From assembly GCA_964016885.1 (NCBI GenBank), contig OZ024741.1:397916001-397980000 (forward strand): 64,000 bases of DNA, given 5' to 3'. Made by a program: the position numbers and the translations under genes. Position 1 is the first letter of the stretch; the number at the start of each line of letters is the position of its first letter. Source of the DNA: Eledone cirrhosa. Taxonomy: Eukaryota. The notes beneath the pieces were generated by a model. The model worked only from the letters and a program-made list of their open reading frames with translations. It did not search any database and was not told where the DNA came from. Shown in pieces: positions 1 to 15,000 of this stretch.

Positions 1-3000
1 TCTTAGTCTCTCTAGTCCCTCAATAGTCACCTAGTATCTACTAAACTATATCTTAGTCTCTCTAGTCCCTCAATAGTCACCTAGTATCTACTAAACTATA
101 TATTATCTCTCTACTCCCTCAATAGTCATCTAGTATCTACTAAACTACATCTTAGACTCTCTACTCCCTCAATAGTCACCTTGTATCTACTAAACTATAT
201 CTTAGTCTCTCTAGTCCCTCAATAGTCAGCTAGTATCTACTAAACTATATCTTACACTCTCTACTCCCTCAATAGTCACCTAGTATCTACTAAACTATAT
301 CTTAGTCTCTCTAGACCCTCAATAGTCACCTATTATCTACTAAACTATATCTTAGTCTCTCTTGTCCCTCAATAGTCACCTAGTATCTACTAACCTATAT
401 CTTAGTCTCTCTAGTCCCTCAATAGTCAGCTAGTATCTACTAAACTATATCTTACACTCTCTACTCCCTCAATAGTCACCTAGTATCTACTAAACTATAT
501 CTTAGTCTCTCTAGACCCTCAATAGTCACCTATTATCTACTAAACTATATCTTAGTCTCTCTTGTCCCTCAATAGTCACCTAGTATCTACTAAACTATAT
601 CTTAGTCTCTCTAGTCCCTCAATGGTCACCTAGTATCTACTAAACTATATCTTAGTCTCTCTACTCCCTCAATAGTCACCTAGTATCTACTAAACTATAT
701 CTTACTCTCTCTACTCCCTCAATAGTCACCTATTATCTACTAAACTACATCTTAGTCTCTCTAGTCCTTCAATAGTCACCTAGTATCTACTAAACTATAT
801 CTTAGTCTCTCTAGTCCCTCAATAGTCACCTAGTATCTACTAAACTATATCTTATCTCTCTACTCCCTCAATAGTCATCTAGTATCTACTAAACTACATC
901 TTAGACTCTCTACTCCCTCAATAGTCACCTTGTATCTACTAAACTATATCTTAGTCTCTCTAGTCCCTCAATAGTCAGCTAGTATCTACTAAACTATATC
1001 TTACACTCTCTACTCCCTCAATAGTCACCTAGTATCTACTAAACTATATCTTAGTCTCTCTAGACCCTCAATAGTCACCTATTATCTACTAAACTATATC
1101 TTAGTCTCTCTTGTCCCTCAATAGTCACCTAGTATCTACTAACCTATATCTTAGTCTCTCTAGTCCCTCAATGGTCACCTAGTATCTACTAAACTATATC
1201 TTAGTCTCTCTACTCCCTCAATAGTCACCTAGTATCTACTAAACTATATCTTAGTCTCTCTACTCCCTCAATAGTCATCTAGTATCTACTAAACTACATC
1301 TTAGACTCTCTACTCCCTCAATAGTCACCTTGTATCTACTAAACTATATCTTAGTCTCTCTAGTCCCTCAATAGTCACCTAGTATCTACTAAACTATATG
1401 TTAGTCTCTCTACTCCCTCAATAGTCACCTAGTATCTACTAAACTACATCTTAGTATCTCTAGTCCCTCAATTGTCACCTAGTATCTACTAAACTATATC
1501 TTAGTCTCTCTAGTCCCTCAATTGTCACCTAGTATCTATTAACTATATCTTAATCTCTCTACTCCCTCAATAGTCACCTAGTATCTACTAAACTATATCT
1601 TAGTCTCTCTAGTCCCTCAATAGTCACCTAGTATCTACTAAACTATATCTTAGTCTCTCTAGTCCCTCAATAGTCACCTAGTATCTATTAAACTATATCT
1701 TAGTCTCTCTAGTCCTTCAATAGTCACCTAGTATCTACTAAAGTATATCTTACACTCTCTACTCCCTCAATAGTCACCTAGTATCTACTAAACTATATCT
1801 GACACTCTCTACTCCCTCAATAATCACCTAGTGTCTATTAAACTATATCCTAGTCACTCTAGTCCCTCAATAGTCACCTAGTATCTACTAAACTACATCT
1901 TAATATATCTAGTCCCTCAATTGTCACCTAGTATCTACTAAACTATATCTTACACTCTCTACTCCCTCAATAGTCACCTAGTATCTACTAAACTATATCT
2001 TAGTCTCTCTAGACCCTCAATAGTCACCTATTATCTACTAAACTATATCTTAGTCTCTCTTGTCCCTCAATAGTCACCTAGTATCTACTAAACTATATCT
2101 TAGTCTCACTAGTCCCTCAATGGTCACCTAGTATCTACTAAACTATATCTTAGTCTCTCTACTCCCTCAATAGTCACCTAGTAGCTACTAAACTATATCT
2201 TAGTCTCTCTACTCCCTCAATAGTCACCTAGTATCTACTAAACTATATCTTAGTCTCTCTAGTCCCTCAATAGTCACCTTGTATCTACTAAACTATATCT
2301 TAGTCTCTCTAGTCCCTCAATAGTCACCTTGTATCTACTAAACTATATCTTATCTCTCTACTCCCTCAATAGTCATCTAGTATCTACTAAACTACATCTT
2401 AGACTCTCTACTCCCTCAATAGTCACCTTGTATCTACTAAACTATATCTTAGTCTCTCTAGTCCCTCAATAGTCACCTAGTATCTACTAAACTATATCTT
2501 AGTCTCTCTAGTCCCTCAATAGTCACCTAGTATCTACTAAACTATATCTTACACCCTCTACTCCCTCAATAGTCACCTAGTATCTACTAAACTACATCTT
2601 AGTATCTCTAGTCCCTCAATAGTCACCTAGTATCTACTAAACTACATCTTAGGCTCTCTAGTCCCTCAATAGTCACCTAGTATCTATTAAACTATATCTT
2701 AGTCTCTCTAGTCCCTCAATAGTCACCTAGTATCTACTAAACTATATCTTACACTCTCTACTCCCTCAATAGTCACCTAGTATCTACTAAACTATATCTG
2801 ACACTCTCTACTCCCTCAATAGTCACCTAGTGTCTATTAAACTATATCCTAGTCTCTCTAGTCCCTCAATAGTCACCTAGTATCTATAAAACTACATCTT
2901 AATATATCTAGTCCCTCAATTGTCACCTAGTATCTACTAAACTATATCTTAGACTCTCTACTCCCTCCATAGTCACCTAGTATCTACTAAACTATATCTT

Positions 3001-6000
3001 AGTCTCTCTAGTCCCTCAATGGTCACCTAGTATCTACTAAACTATATCTTAGTCTCTCTGCTCCCTCAATAGTCACCTAGTATCTACTAAACTATATCTT
3101 AGTCTCTCTACTCCCTCAATAGTCACCTAGTATCTACTAAACTACATCTTAGTCTCTCTAGTCCCTCAATAGTCACCTAGTATCTACTAAACTATATCTT
3201 AGTCTCTCTAGTCCCTCAATAGTCACCTAGTATCTACTAAACTATATCTTATCTCTCTACTCCCTCAATAGTCATCTAGTATCTACTAAACTACATCTTA
3301 GACTCTCTACTCCCTCAATAGTCACCTTGTATCTACTAAACTATATCTTAGTCTCTCTAGTCCCTCAATAGTCACCTAGTATCTACTAAACTATATCTTA
3401 CATTCTCTACTCCCTCAATAGTCACCTAGTATCTACTAAACTACATCTTAGTATCTGGAGTCCCTCAATTGTCACGTAGTATCTACTAAACTATATCTTA
3501 GTCTCTCTAGTCCCTCAATAGTCACCTAGTATCTACTAAACTATATCTTACACTCTCTACTCCCTCAATAGTCGCCTAGTATCTACTAAACTACATCTTA
3601 GTATCTCTAGTCCCTCAATAGTCACCTAGTATCTACTAAACTACATCTTAGGCTCTCTAGTCCCTCAATAGTCACCTAGTATCTATTAAACTATATCTTA
3701 GTCTCTCTAGTCCCTCAATAGTCACCTAGTATCTACTAAACTATATCTTACACTCTCTACTCCCTCAATAGTCACCTAGTATCTACTAAACTATATCTGA
3801 CACTCTCTACTCCCTCAATAGTCACCTAGTGTCTATTAAACTATATCCTAGTCTCTCTAGTCCCTCAATAGTCACCTAGTATCTACTAAACTACATCTTA
3901 ATATATCTAGTCCCTCAATTGTCAGCTAGTATCTACTAAACTATATCTTAGTCTCTCGACTCCCTCCATAGTCACCTAATATCTACTAAACTATATCTTA
4001 GTCTCTCTAGTCCCTCAATAGTCAACTAGTATCTACTAAACTATATTTTAGTCTCTCTAGTGCCTCAATAGTCACCTAGTATCTACTAAACTATATTTAA
4101 TCTCTCTACTCCCTCAATAGTCACCTAGTATCTACTAAACTATATCTTAGTCTCTCTACTCCCTCAATAGTCATCTAATATCTACTAAACTACATCTTAG
4201 ACTCTCTACTCTTTCAATAGTCACCTTGTATCTACTAAACTATATCTTAGTCTCTCTAGTCCCTCAATAGTCACCTAGTATCTACTAAACTATATGTTAG
4301 TCTCTCTGCTCCCTCAATAGTCACCTAGTATCTACTAAACTACATCTTAGTATCTCTAGTCCCTCAATTGTCACCTAGTATCTACTAAACTATATCTTAG
4401 TCTCTCTAGTCCCTCAATAGTCACCTAGTATCTACTAAACTACATCTTAATATATCTAGTCCCTCAATTGTCACCTAGTATCTACTAAACTATATCTTAG
4501 TCTCTCTACTCTCTCCATAGTCACCTAGTATCTACTAAACTATATCTTAGTCTCTCTAGTCCCTCAATAGTCAACTAGTATCTACTAAACTATATTTTAG
4601 TCTCTCTAGTCCCTCAATAGTCACCTAGTATCTACTAAACTATATTTAATCTCTCTACTCCCTCAATAGTCACCTAGTATCTACTAAACTATATCTTAGT
4701 CTCTCTACTCCCTCAATAGTCATCTAGTATCTACTAAACTACATCTTAGACTCTCCACTCCCTCAATAGTCACCTTGTATCTACTAAACTATATCTTAGT
4801 CTCTCTAGTCCCTCAATAGTCAGCTAGTATCTACTAAACTATATCTTACACTCTCTACTCGCTCAATAGTCACCTAGTATCTACTAAACTATATCTTAGT
4901 CTCTCTAGACCCTCAATAGTCACCTATTATCTACTAAACTATATCTTAGTCTCTCTTGTCCCTCAATAGTCACCTAGTATCTACTAAACTATATCTTAGT
5001 CTCTCTAGTCCCTCAATGGTCACCTAGTATCTACTAAACTATATCTTAGTCTCTCTACTCCCTCAATAGTCACCTAGTATCTACTAAACTATATCTTACT
5101 CTCTCTACTCCCTCAATAGTCATCTAGTGTCTACTAAACTACATCTTAGTCTCTCTAGTCCCTCAATAGTCACCTAGTATCTACTAAACTATATCTTAGT
5201 CTCTCTAGTCCCTCAATAGTCACCTAGTATCTACTAAACTATATCTTATCTCTCTACTCCCTCAATAGTCATCTAGTATCTACTAAACTACATCTTAGAC
5301 TCTCTACTCCCTCAATAGTCACCTTGTATCTACTAAACTATATCTTAGTCTCTCTAGTCCCTCAATAGTCAGCTAGTATCTACTAAACTATATCTTACAC
5401 TCTCTACTCCCTCAATAGTCACCTAGTATCTACTAAACTATATCTTAGTCTCTCTAGACCCTCAATAGTCACCTATTATCTACTAAACTATATCTTAGTC
5501 TCACTTGTCCCTCAATAGTCACCTAGTATCTACTAACCTATATCTTAGTCTCTCTAGTCCCTCAATGGTCACCTAGTATCTACTAAACTATATCTTAGTC
5601 TCTCTACTCCATCAATAGTCACCTAGTATCTACTAAACTATATCTTAGACTCTCTACTCCCTCAATAGTCACCTAGTATCTACTAAACTACATCTTAGTC
5701 TCTCTAGTCCCTCAATAGTCACCTAGTATCTAGTAAACTATATCTTACACTCTCTACTCCCTCAATAGTCACCTAGTATCTACTAAACTACATCTTAGTA
5801 TCTCTAGTCCCTCAATTGTCACCTAGTACCTACTAAACTATATCATAGTCTCTCTACTCCCTCAATAGTCACCTAGAATCTACTAAACTATATCTTAGTC
5901 TCTCTAGTCCTTCAATAGTCACCTAGTATCTACTAAACTATATCTTAGTCTCTCTAGTCCCTCAATAGTCACCTAGTATCTACTAAACTATATCTTACAT

Positions 6001-9000
6001 TCTCTACTCCCTCAATAGTCACCTAGTATCTACTAAACTACATCTTAGTATCTCTAGTCCCTCAATTGTCACGTAGTATCTACTAAACTATGTCTTAGTC
6101 TCTCTAGTCCCTCAATAGTCACCTAGTATCTACTAAACTATATCTTAGTCTCTCTAGTCCCTCAATAGTCACCTAGTATCTACTAAACTATATCTTACAC
6201 TCTCTACTCCCTCAATAGTCACCTAGTATCTACTAAACTACATCTTAGTATCTCTAGTCCCTCAATAGTCACCTAGTATCTACTAAACTACATCTTAGGC
6301 TCTCTAGTCCCTCAATAGTCACCTAGTATCTATTAAACTATATCTTAGTCTCGCTAGTCCCTCAATAGTCACCTAGTATCTACTAAACTATATCTTACAC
6401 TCTCTACTCCCTCAATAGTCACCTAGTATCTACTAAACTATATCTGACACTCTCTACTCCCTCAATAGTCACCTAGTATCTACTAAACTACATCTTAGAC
6501 TCTCTACTCCCTCAATAGTCACCTTGTATCTACTAAACTATATCTTAGTCTCTCTAGTCCCTCAATAGTCAGCTAGTATCTACTAAACTATATCTTACAC
6601 TCTCTACTCCCTCAATAGTCACCTAGTATCTACTAAACTATATCTTAGTCTCTCTAGACCCTCAATAGTCACCTATTATCTACTAAACTATATCTTAGTC
6701 TCTCTTGTCCCTCAATAGTCACCTAGTATCTACTAAACTATATCTTAGTCTCTCTAGTCCCTCAATGGTCACCTAGTATCTACTAAACTATATCTTAGTC
6801 TCTCTACTCCCTCAATAGTCACCTAGTATCTACTAAACTATATCTTACTCTCTCTACTCCCTCAATAGTCACCTAGTATCTACTAAACTACATCTTAGTC
6901 TCTCTAGTCCCTCAATAGTCACCTAGTATCTACTAAACTATATCTTAGTCTCTCTAGTCCCTCAATAGTCACCTAGTATCTACTAAACTATATCTTATCT
7001 CTCTACTCCCTCAATAGTCATCTAGTATCTACTAAACTACATCTTAGACTCTCTACTCCCTCAATAGTCACCTTGTATCTACTAAACTATATCTTAGTCT
7101 CTCTAGTCCCTCCATAGTCAGCTAGTATCTACTAAACTATATCTTACACTCTCTACTCCCTCAATAGTCACCTAGTATCTACTAAACTATATCTTAGTCT
7201 CTCTAGACCCTCAATAGTCACCTATTATCTACTAAACTATATCTTAGTCTCTCTTGTCCCTCAATAGTCACCTAGAATCTACTAACCTATATCTTAGTCT
7301 CTCTAGTCCCTCAATGGTCACCTAGTATCTACTAAACTATATCTTAGTCTCTCTACTCCCTCAATAGTCACCTAGTATCTACTAAACTATATCTTAGACT
7401 CTCTACTCCCTCAATAGTCACCTAGTATCTACTAAACTACATCTTAGTCTCTCTAGTCCCTCAATAGTCACCTAGTATCTAGTAAACTATATCTTACACT
7501 CTCTACTCCCTCAATAGTCACCTAGTATCTACTAAACTACATCTTAGTATCTCTAGTCCCTCAATTGTCACCTAGTACCTACTAAACTATATCATAGTCT
7601 CTCTACTCCCTCAATAGTCACCTAGAATCTACTAAACTATATCTTAGTCTCTCTAGTCCTTCAATAGTCACCTAGTATCTACTAAACTATATCTTAGTCT
7701 CTCTAGTCCCTCAATAGTCACCTAGTATCTACTAAACTATATCTTACATTCTCTACTCCCTCAATAGTCACCTAGTATCTACATCTTAGTATCTCTAGTC
7801 CCTCAATTGTCACGTAGTATCTACTAAACTATATCTTAGTCTCTCTAGTCCCTCAATAGTCACCTAGTATCTACTAAACTATATCTTAGTCTCTCTAGTC
7901 CCTCAATAGTCACCTAGTATCTACTAAACTATATCTTACACTCTCTACTCCCTCAATAGTCACCTAGTATCTACTAAACTACATCTTAGTATCTCTAGTC
8001 CCTCAATAGTCACCTAGTATCTACTAAACTACATCTTAGGCTCTCTAGTCCCTCAATAGTCACCTAGTATCTATTAAACTATATCTTAGTCTCTCTAGTC
8101 CCTCAATAGTCACCTAGTATCTACTAAACTATATGTTACACTCTCTACTCCCTCAATAGTCACCTAGTATCTACTAAACTATATCTGACACTCTCTACTC
8201 CCTCAATAGTCACCTAGTGTCTATTAAACTATATCTTAGTCTCTCTAGTCCCTCAATAGTCACCTAGTATCTACTAAACTACATCTTAATATATCTAGTC
8301 CCTCAATTGTCACCTAGTATCTACTAAACTATATCTTAGTCTCTCTACTCCCTCCATAGTCACCTAGTATCTACTAAACTATATCTTAGTCTCTCTAGTC
8401 CCTCAATAGTCAACTATTATCTACTAAACTATATTTTAGTCTCTCTAGTCCCTCAATAGTCACCTAGTATCTACTAAACTATATTTAATCTCTCTACTCC
8501 CTCAATAGTCACCTAGTATCTACTAAACTATATCTTAGTCTCTCTACTCCCTCAATAGTCATCTAGTATCTACTAAACTACATCTTAGACTCTCTACTCC
8601 CTCAATAGTCACCTTGTATCTACTAAACTATATCTTAGTCTCTCTAGTCCCTCAATAGTCACCTAGTATCTACTAAACTATATGTTAGTCTCTCTACTCC
8701 CTCAATAGTCACCTAGTATCTACTAAACTACATCTTAGTATCTCTAGTCCCTCAATTGTCACCTAGTATCTACTAAACTATATCTTAGTCTCTCTTGTCC
8801 CTCAATAGTCACCTAGTATCTACTAAACTATATCTTAGTCTCTCTAGTCCCTCAATGGTCACCTAGTATCTACTAAACTATATCTTAGTCTCTCTACTCC
8901 CTCAATAGTCACCTAGTATCTACTAAACTATATCTTACTCTCTCTACTCCCTCAATAGTCACCTAGTATCTACTAAACTACATCTTAATATATCTAGTCC

Positions 9001-12000
9001 CTCAATTGTCACCTAGTATCTACTAAACTATATCTTAGTCTCTCTACTCCCTCCATAGTCACCTAGTATCTACTAAACTATATCTTAGTCTCTCTAGTCC
9101 CTCAATAGTCAACTATTATCTACTAAACTATATTTTAGTCTCTCTAGTCCCTCAATAGTCACCTAGTATCTACTAAACTATATTTAATCTCTCTACTCCC
9201 TCAATAGTCACCTAGTATCTACTAAACTACATCTTAGACTCTCTACTCCCTCAATAGTCACCTTGTATCTACTAAACTATATCTTAGTCTCTCTAGTCCC
9301 TCAATAGTCACCTAGTATCTACTAAACTATATGTTAGTCTCTCTACTCCCTCAATAGTCACCTAGTATCTACTAAACTACATCTTAGTATCTCTAGTCCC
9401 TCAATTGTCACCTAGTATCTACTAAACTATATCTTAGGCTCTCTTGTCCCTCAATAGTCACCTAGTATCTACTAAACTATATCTTAGTCTCTCTAGTCCC
9501 TCAATGGTCACCTAGTATCTACTAAACTATATCTTAGTCTCTCTACTCCCTCAATAGTCACCTAGTATCTACTAAACTATATCTTACTCTCTCTACTCCC
9601 TCAATAGTCACCTAGTATCTACTAAACTACATCTTAGTCTCTCTAGTCCCTCAATAGTCACCTAGTATCTACTAAACTATATCTTAGTCTCTCTAGTCCC
9701 TCAATAGTCACCTAGTATCTACTAAACTATATATTATCTCTCTACTCCCTCAATAGTCATCTAGTATCTACTAAACTACATCTTAGACTCTCTACTCCCT
9801 CAATAGTCACCTTGTATCTACTAAACTATATCTTAGTCTCTCTAGTCCCTCAATAGTCAGCTAGTATCTACTAAACTATATCTTACACTCTCTACTCCCT
9901 CAATAGTCACCTAGTATCTACTAAACTATATCTTAGTCTCTCTAGACCCTCAATAGTCACCTATTATCTACTAAACTATATCTTAGTCTCTCTTGTCCCT
10001 CAATAGTCACCTAGTATCTACTAACCTATATCTTAGTCTCTCTAGTCCCTCAATAGTCAGCTAGTATCTACTAAACTATATCTTACACTCTCTACTCCCT
10101 CAATAGTCACCTAGTATCTACTAAACTATATCTTAGTCTCTCTAGACCCTCAATAGTCACCTATTATCTACTAAACTATATCTTAGTCTCTCTTGTCCCT
10201 CAATAGTCACCTAGTATCTACTAAACTATATCTTAGTCTCTCTAGTCCCTCAATGGTCACCTAGTATCTACTAAACTATATCTTAGTCTCTCTACTCCCT
10301 CAATAGTCACCTAGTATCTACTAAACTATATCTTACTCTCTCTACTCCCTCAATAGTCACCTAGTCTCTACTAAACTACATCTTAGTCTCTCTAGTCCTT
10401 CAATAGTCACCTAGTATCTACTAAACTATATCTTAGTCTCTCTAGTCCCTCAATAGTCACCTAGTATCTACTAAACTATATCTTATCTCTCTACTCCCTC
10501 AATAGTCATCTAGTATCTACTAAACTACATCTTAGACTCTCTACTCCCTCAATAGTCACCTTGTATCTACTAAACTATATCTTAGTCTCTCTAGTCCCTC
10601 AATAGTCAGCTAGTATCTACTAAACTATATCTTACACTCTCTACTCCCTCAATAGTCACCTAGTATCTACTAAACTATATCTTAGTCTCTCTTGTCCCTC
10701 AATAGTCACCTAGTATCTACTAACCTATATCTTAGTCTCTCTAGTCCCTCAATGGTCACCTAGTATCTACTAAACTATATCTTAGTCTCTCTACTCCCTC
10801 AATAGTCACCTAGTATCTACTAAACTATATCTTAGACTCTCTACTCCCTCAATAGTCACCTAGTATCTACTAAACTACATCTTAGTCTCTCTAGTCCCTC
10901 AATAGTCACCTAGTATCTAGTAAACTATATCTTACACTCTCTACTCCCTCAATAGTCACCTAGTATCTACTAAACTACATCTTAGTATCTCTAGTCCCTC
11001 AATTGTCACCTAGTACCTACTAAACTATATCATAGTCTCTCTACTCCCTCAATAGTCACCTAGAATCTACTAAACTATATCTTAGTCTCTCTAGTCCTTC
11101 AATAGTCACCTAGTATCTACTAAACTATATCTTAGTCTCTCTAGTCCCTCAATAGTCACCTAGTATCTACTAAACTATATCTTACATTCTCTACTCCCTC
11201 AATAGTCACCTAGTATCTACTAAACTACATCTTAGTATCTCTAGTCCCTCAATTGTCACGTAGTATCTACTAAACTATATCTTAGTCTCTCTAGTCCCTC
11301 AATAGTCACCTAGTATCTACTAAACTACATCTTAATATATCTAGTCCCTCAATTGTCACCTAGTATCTACTAAACTATATCTTAGTCTCTCTACTCCCTC
11401 CATAGTCACCTAGTATCTACTAAACTATATCTTAGTCTCTCTAGTCCCTCAATAGTCAACTATTATCTACTAAACTATATTTTAGTCTCTCTAGTCCCTC
11501 AATAGTCACCTAGTATCTACTAAACTATATTTAATCTCTCTACTCCCTCAATAGTCACCTAGTATCTACTAAACTACATCTTAGACTCTCTACTCCCTCA
11601 ATAGTCACCTTGTATCTACTAAACTATATCTTAGTCTCTCTAGTCCCTCAATAGTCACCTAGTATCTACTAAACTATATGTTAGTCTCTCTACTCCCTCA
11701 ATAGTCACCTAGTATCTACTAAACTACATCTTAGTATCTCTAGTCCCTCAATTGTCACCTAGTATCTACTAAACTATATCTTAGTCTCTCTTGTCCCTCA
11801 ATAGTCACCTAGTATCTACTAAACTATATCTTAGTCTCTCTAGTCCCTCAATGGTCACCTAGTATCTACTAAACTATATCTTAGTCTCTCTACTCCCTCA
11901 ATAGTCACCTAGTATCTACTAAACTATATCTTACTCTCTCTACTCCCTCAATAGTCACCTAGTATCTACTAAACTACATCTTAGTCTCTCTAGTCCCTCA

Positions 12001-15000
12001 ATAGTCACCTAGTATCTACTAAACTATATCTTAGTCTCTCTAGTCCCTCAATAGTCACCTAGTATCTACTAAACTATATATTATCTCTCTACTCCCTCAA
12101 TAGTCATCTAGTATCTACTAAACTACATCTTAGACTCTCTACTCCCTCAATAGTCACCTTGTATCTACTAAACTATATCTTAGTCTCTCTAGTCCCTCAA
12201 TAGTCAGCTAGTATCTACTAAACTATATCTTACACTCTCTACTCCCTCAATAGTCACCTAGTATCTACTAAACTATATCTTAGTCTCTCTAGACCCTCAA
12301 TAGTCACCTATTATCTACTAAACTATATCTTAGTCTCTCTTGTCCCTCAATAGTCACCTAGTATCTACTAACCTATATCTTAGTCTCTCTAGTCCCTCAA
12401 TGGTCACCTAGTATCTACTAAACTATATCTTAGTCTCTCTACTCCCTCACTAGTCACCTAGTATCTACTAAACTATATCTTAGTCTCTCTACTCCCTCAA
12501 TAGTCACCTAGTATCTACTAAACTACATCTTAGTCTCTCTAGTCCCTCAATAGTCACCTAGTATCTAGTAAACTATATCTTACACTCTCTACTCCCTCAA
12601 TAGTCACCTAGTATCTACTAAACTACATCTTAGTATCTCTAGTCCCTCAATTGTCACCTAGTACCTACTAAACTATATCATAGTCTCTCTACTCCCTCAA
12701 TAGTCACCTAGAATCTACTAAACTATATCTTAGTCTCTCTAGTCCTTCAATAGTCACCTCGTATCTACTAAACTATATCTTAGTCTCTCTAGTCCCTCAA
12801 TAGTCACCTAGTATCTACTAAACTATATCTTACATTCTCTACTCCCTCAATAGTCACCTAGTATCTACTAAACTACATCTTAGTATCTCTAGTCCCTCAA
12901 TTGTCACGTAGTATCTACTAAACTATATCTTAGTCTCTCTAGTCCCTCAATAGTCACCTAGTATCTACTAAACTATATCTTACACTCTCTACTCCCTCAA
13001 TAGTCACCTAGTATCTACTAAACTACATCTTAGTATCTCTAGTCCCTCAATAGTCACCTAGTATCTACTAAACTACATCTTAGGCTCTCTAGTCCCTCAA
13101 TAGTCACCTAGTATCTATTAAACTATATCTTAGTCTCTCTAGTCCCTCAATAGACACCTAGTATCTACTAAACTATATCTTACACTCTCTACTCCCTCAA
13201 TAGTCACCTAGTATCTACTAAACTATATCTGACACTCTCTACTCCCTCAATAGTCACCTTGTGTCTATTAAACTATATCCTAGTCTCTCTAGTCCCTCAA
13301 TAGTCACCTAGTATCTACTAAACTACATCTTAATATATCTAGTCCCTCAATTGTCACCTAGTATCTACTAAACTATATCTTAGTCTCTCTACTCCCTCCA
13401 TAGTCACCTAGTATCTACTAAACTATATCTTAGTCTCTCTAGTCCCTCAATAGTCAACTATTATCTACTAAACTATATTTTAGTCTCTCTAGTCCCTCAA
13501 TAGTCACCTAGTATCTACTAAACTATATTTAATCTCTCTACTCCCTCAATAGTCACCTAGTATCTACTAAACTATATCTTAGTCTCTCTAGTCCCTCAAT
13601 AGTCACCTAGTATCTACTAAACTACATCTTAATATATCTAGTCCCTCAATTGTCACCTAGTATCTACTAAACTATATCTTAGTCTTTCTACTCTCTCCAT
13701 AGTCACCTAGTATCTACTAAACTATATCTTAGTCTCTCTAGTCCCTCAATAGTCAACTAGTATCTACTAAACTATATTTTAGTCTCTCTAGTCCCTCAAT
13801 AGTCACCTAGTATCTACTAAACTATATTTAATCTCTCTACTCCCTCAATAGTCATCTAGTATCTACTAAACTACATCTTAGACTCTCTATTCCCTCAATA
13901 GTCACTTTGTATCTACGAAACTATATCTTAGTCTCTCTAGTCCCTCAATAGTCAGCTAGTATCTACTAAACTATATCTTACACTCTCTACTCCCTCAATA
14001 GTCACCTAGTATCTACTAAACTATATCTTAGTCTCTCTAGACCCTCAATAGTCACCTATTATCTACTAAACTATATCTTAGTCTCTCTTGTCCCTCAATA
14101 GTCACCTAGTATCTACTAAACTATATCTTAGTCTCTCTAGTCCCTCAATGGTCACCTAGTATCTACTAAACTATATCTTAGTCACTTTACTCCCTCAATA
14201 GTCACCTAGTATCTACTAAACTATATCTTAGTCTCTCTACTCCCTCAATAGTCACCTAGTATCTACTAAACTACATCTTACTCTCTCTAGTCCCTCAATA
14301 GTCACCTAGTATCTACTAAACTATATCTTAGTCTTTTTAGTCCCTCAATAGTCACCTAGTATCTACTAAACTATATCTTATCTCTCTACTCCCTCAATAG
14401 TCATCTAGTATCTACTAAACTACATCTTAGACTCTCTACTCCCTCAATAGTCACCTTGTATCTACTAAACTATATCTTAGTCTCTCTAGTCCCTCAATAG
14501 TCAGCTAGTATCTACTAAACTATATCTTACACTCTCTACTCCCTCAATAGTCACCTAGTATCTACTAAACTATATCTTAGTCTCTCTAGTCCCTCAATAG
14601 TCACCTAGTATCTACTAAACTATATATTATCTCTCTACTCCCTCAATAGTCATCTAGTATCTACTAAACTACATCTTAGACTCTCTACTCCCTCAATAGT
14701 CACCTTGTATCTACTAAACTATATCTTAGTCTCTCTAGTCCCTCAATAGTCAGCTAGTATCTACTAAACTATATCTTACACTCTCTACTCCCTCAATAGT
14801 CACCTAGTATCTACTAAACTATATCTTAGTCTCTCTAGACCCTCAATAGTCACCTATTATCTACTAAACTATATCTTAGTCTCTCTTGTCCCTCAATAGT
14901 CACCTAGTATCTACTAACCTATATCTTAGTCTCTCTAGTCCCTCAATGGTCACCTAGTATCTACTAAACTATATCTTAGTCTCTCTACTCCCTCAATAGT

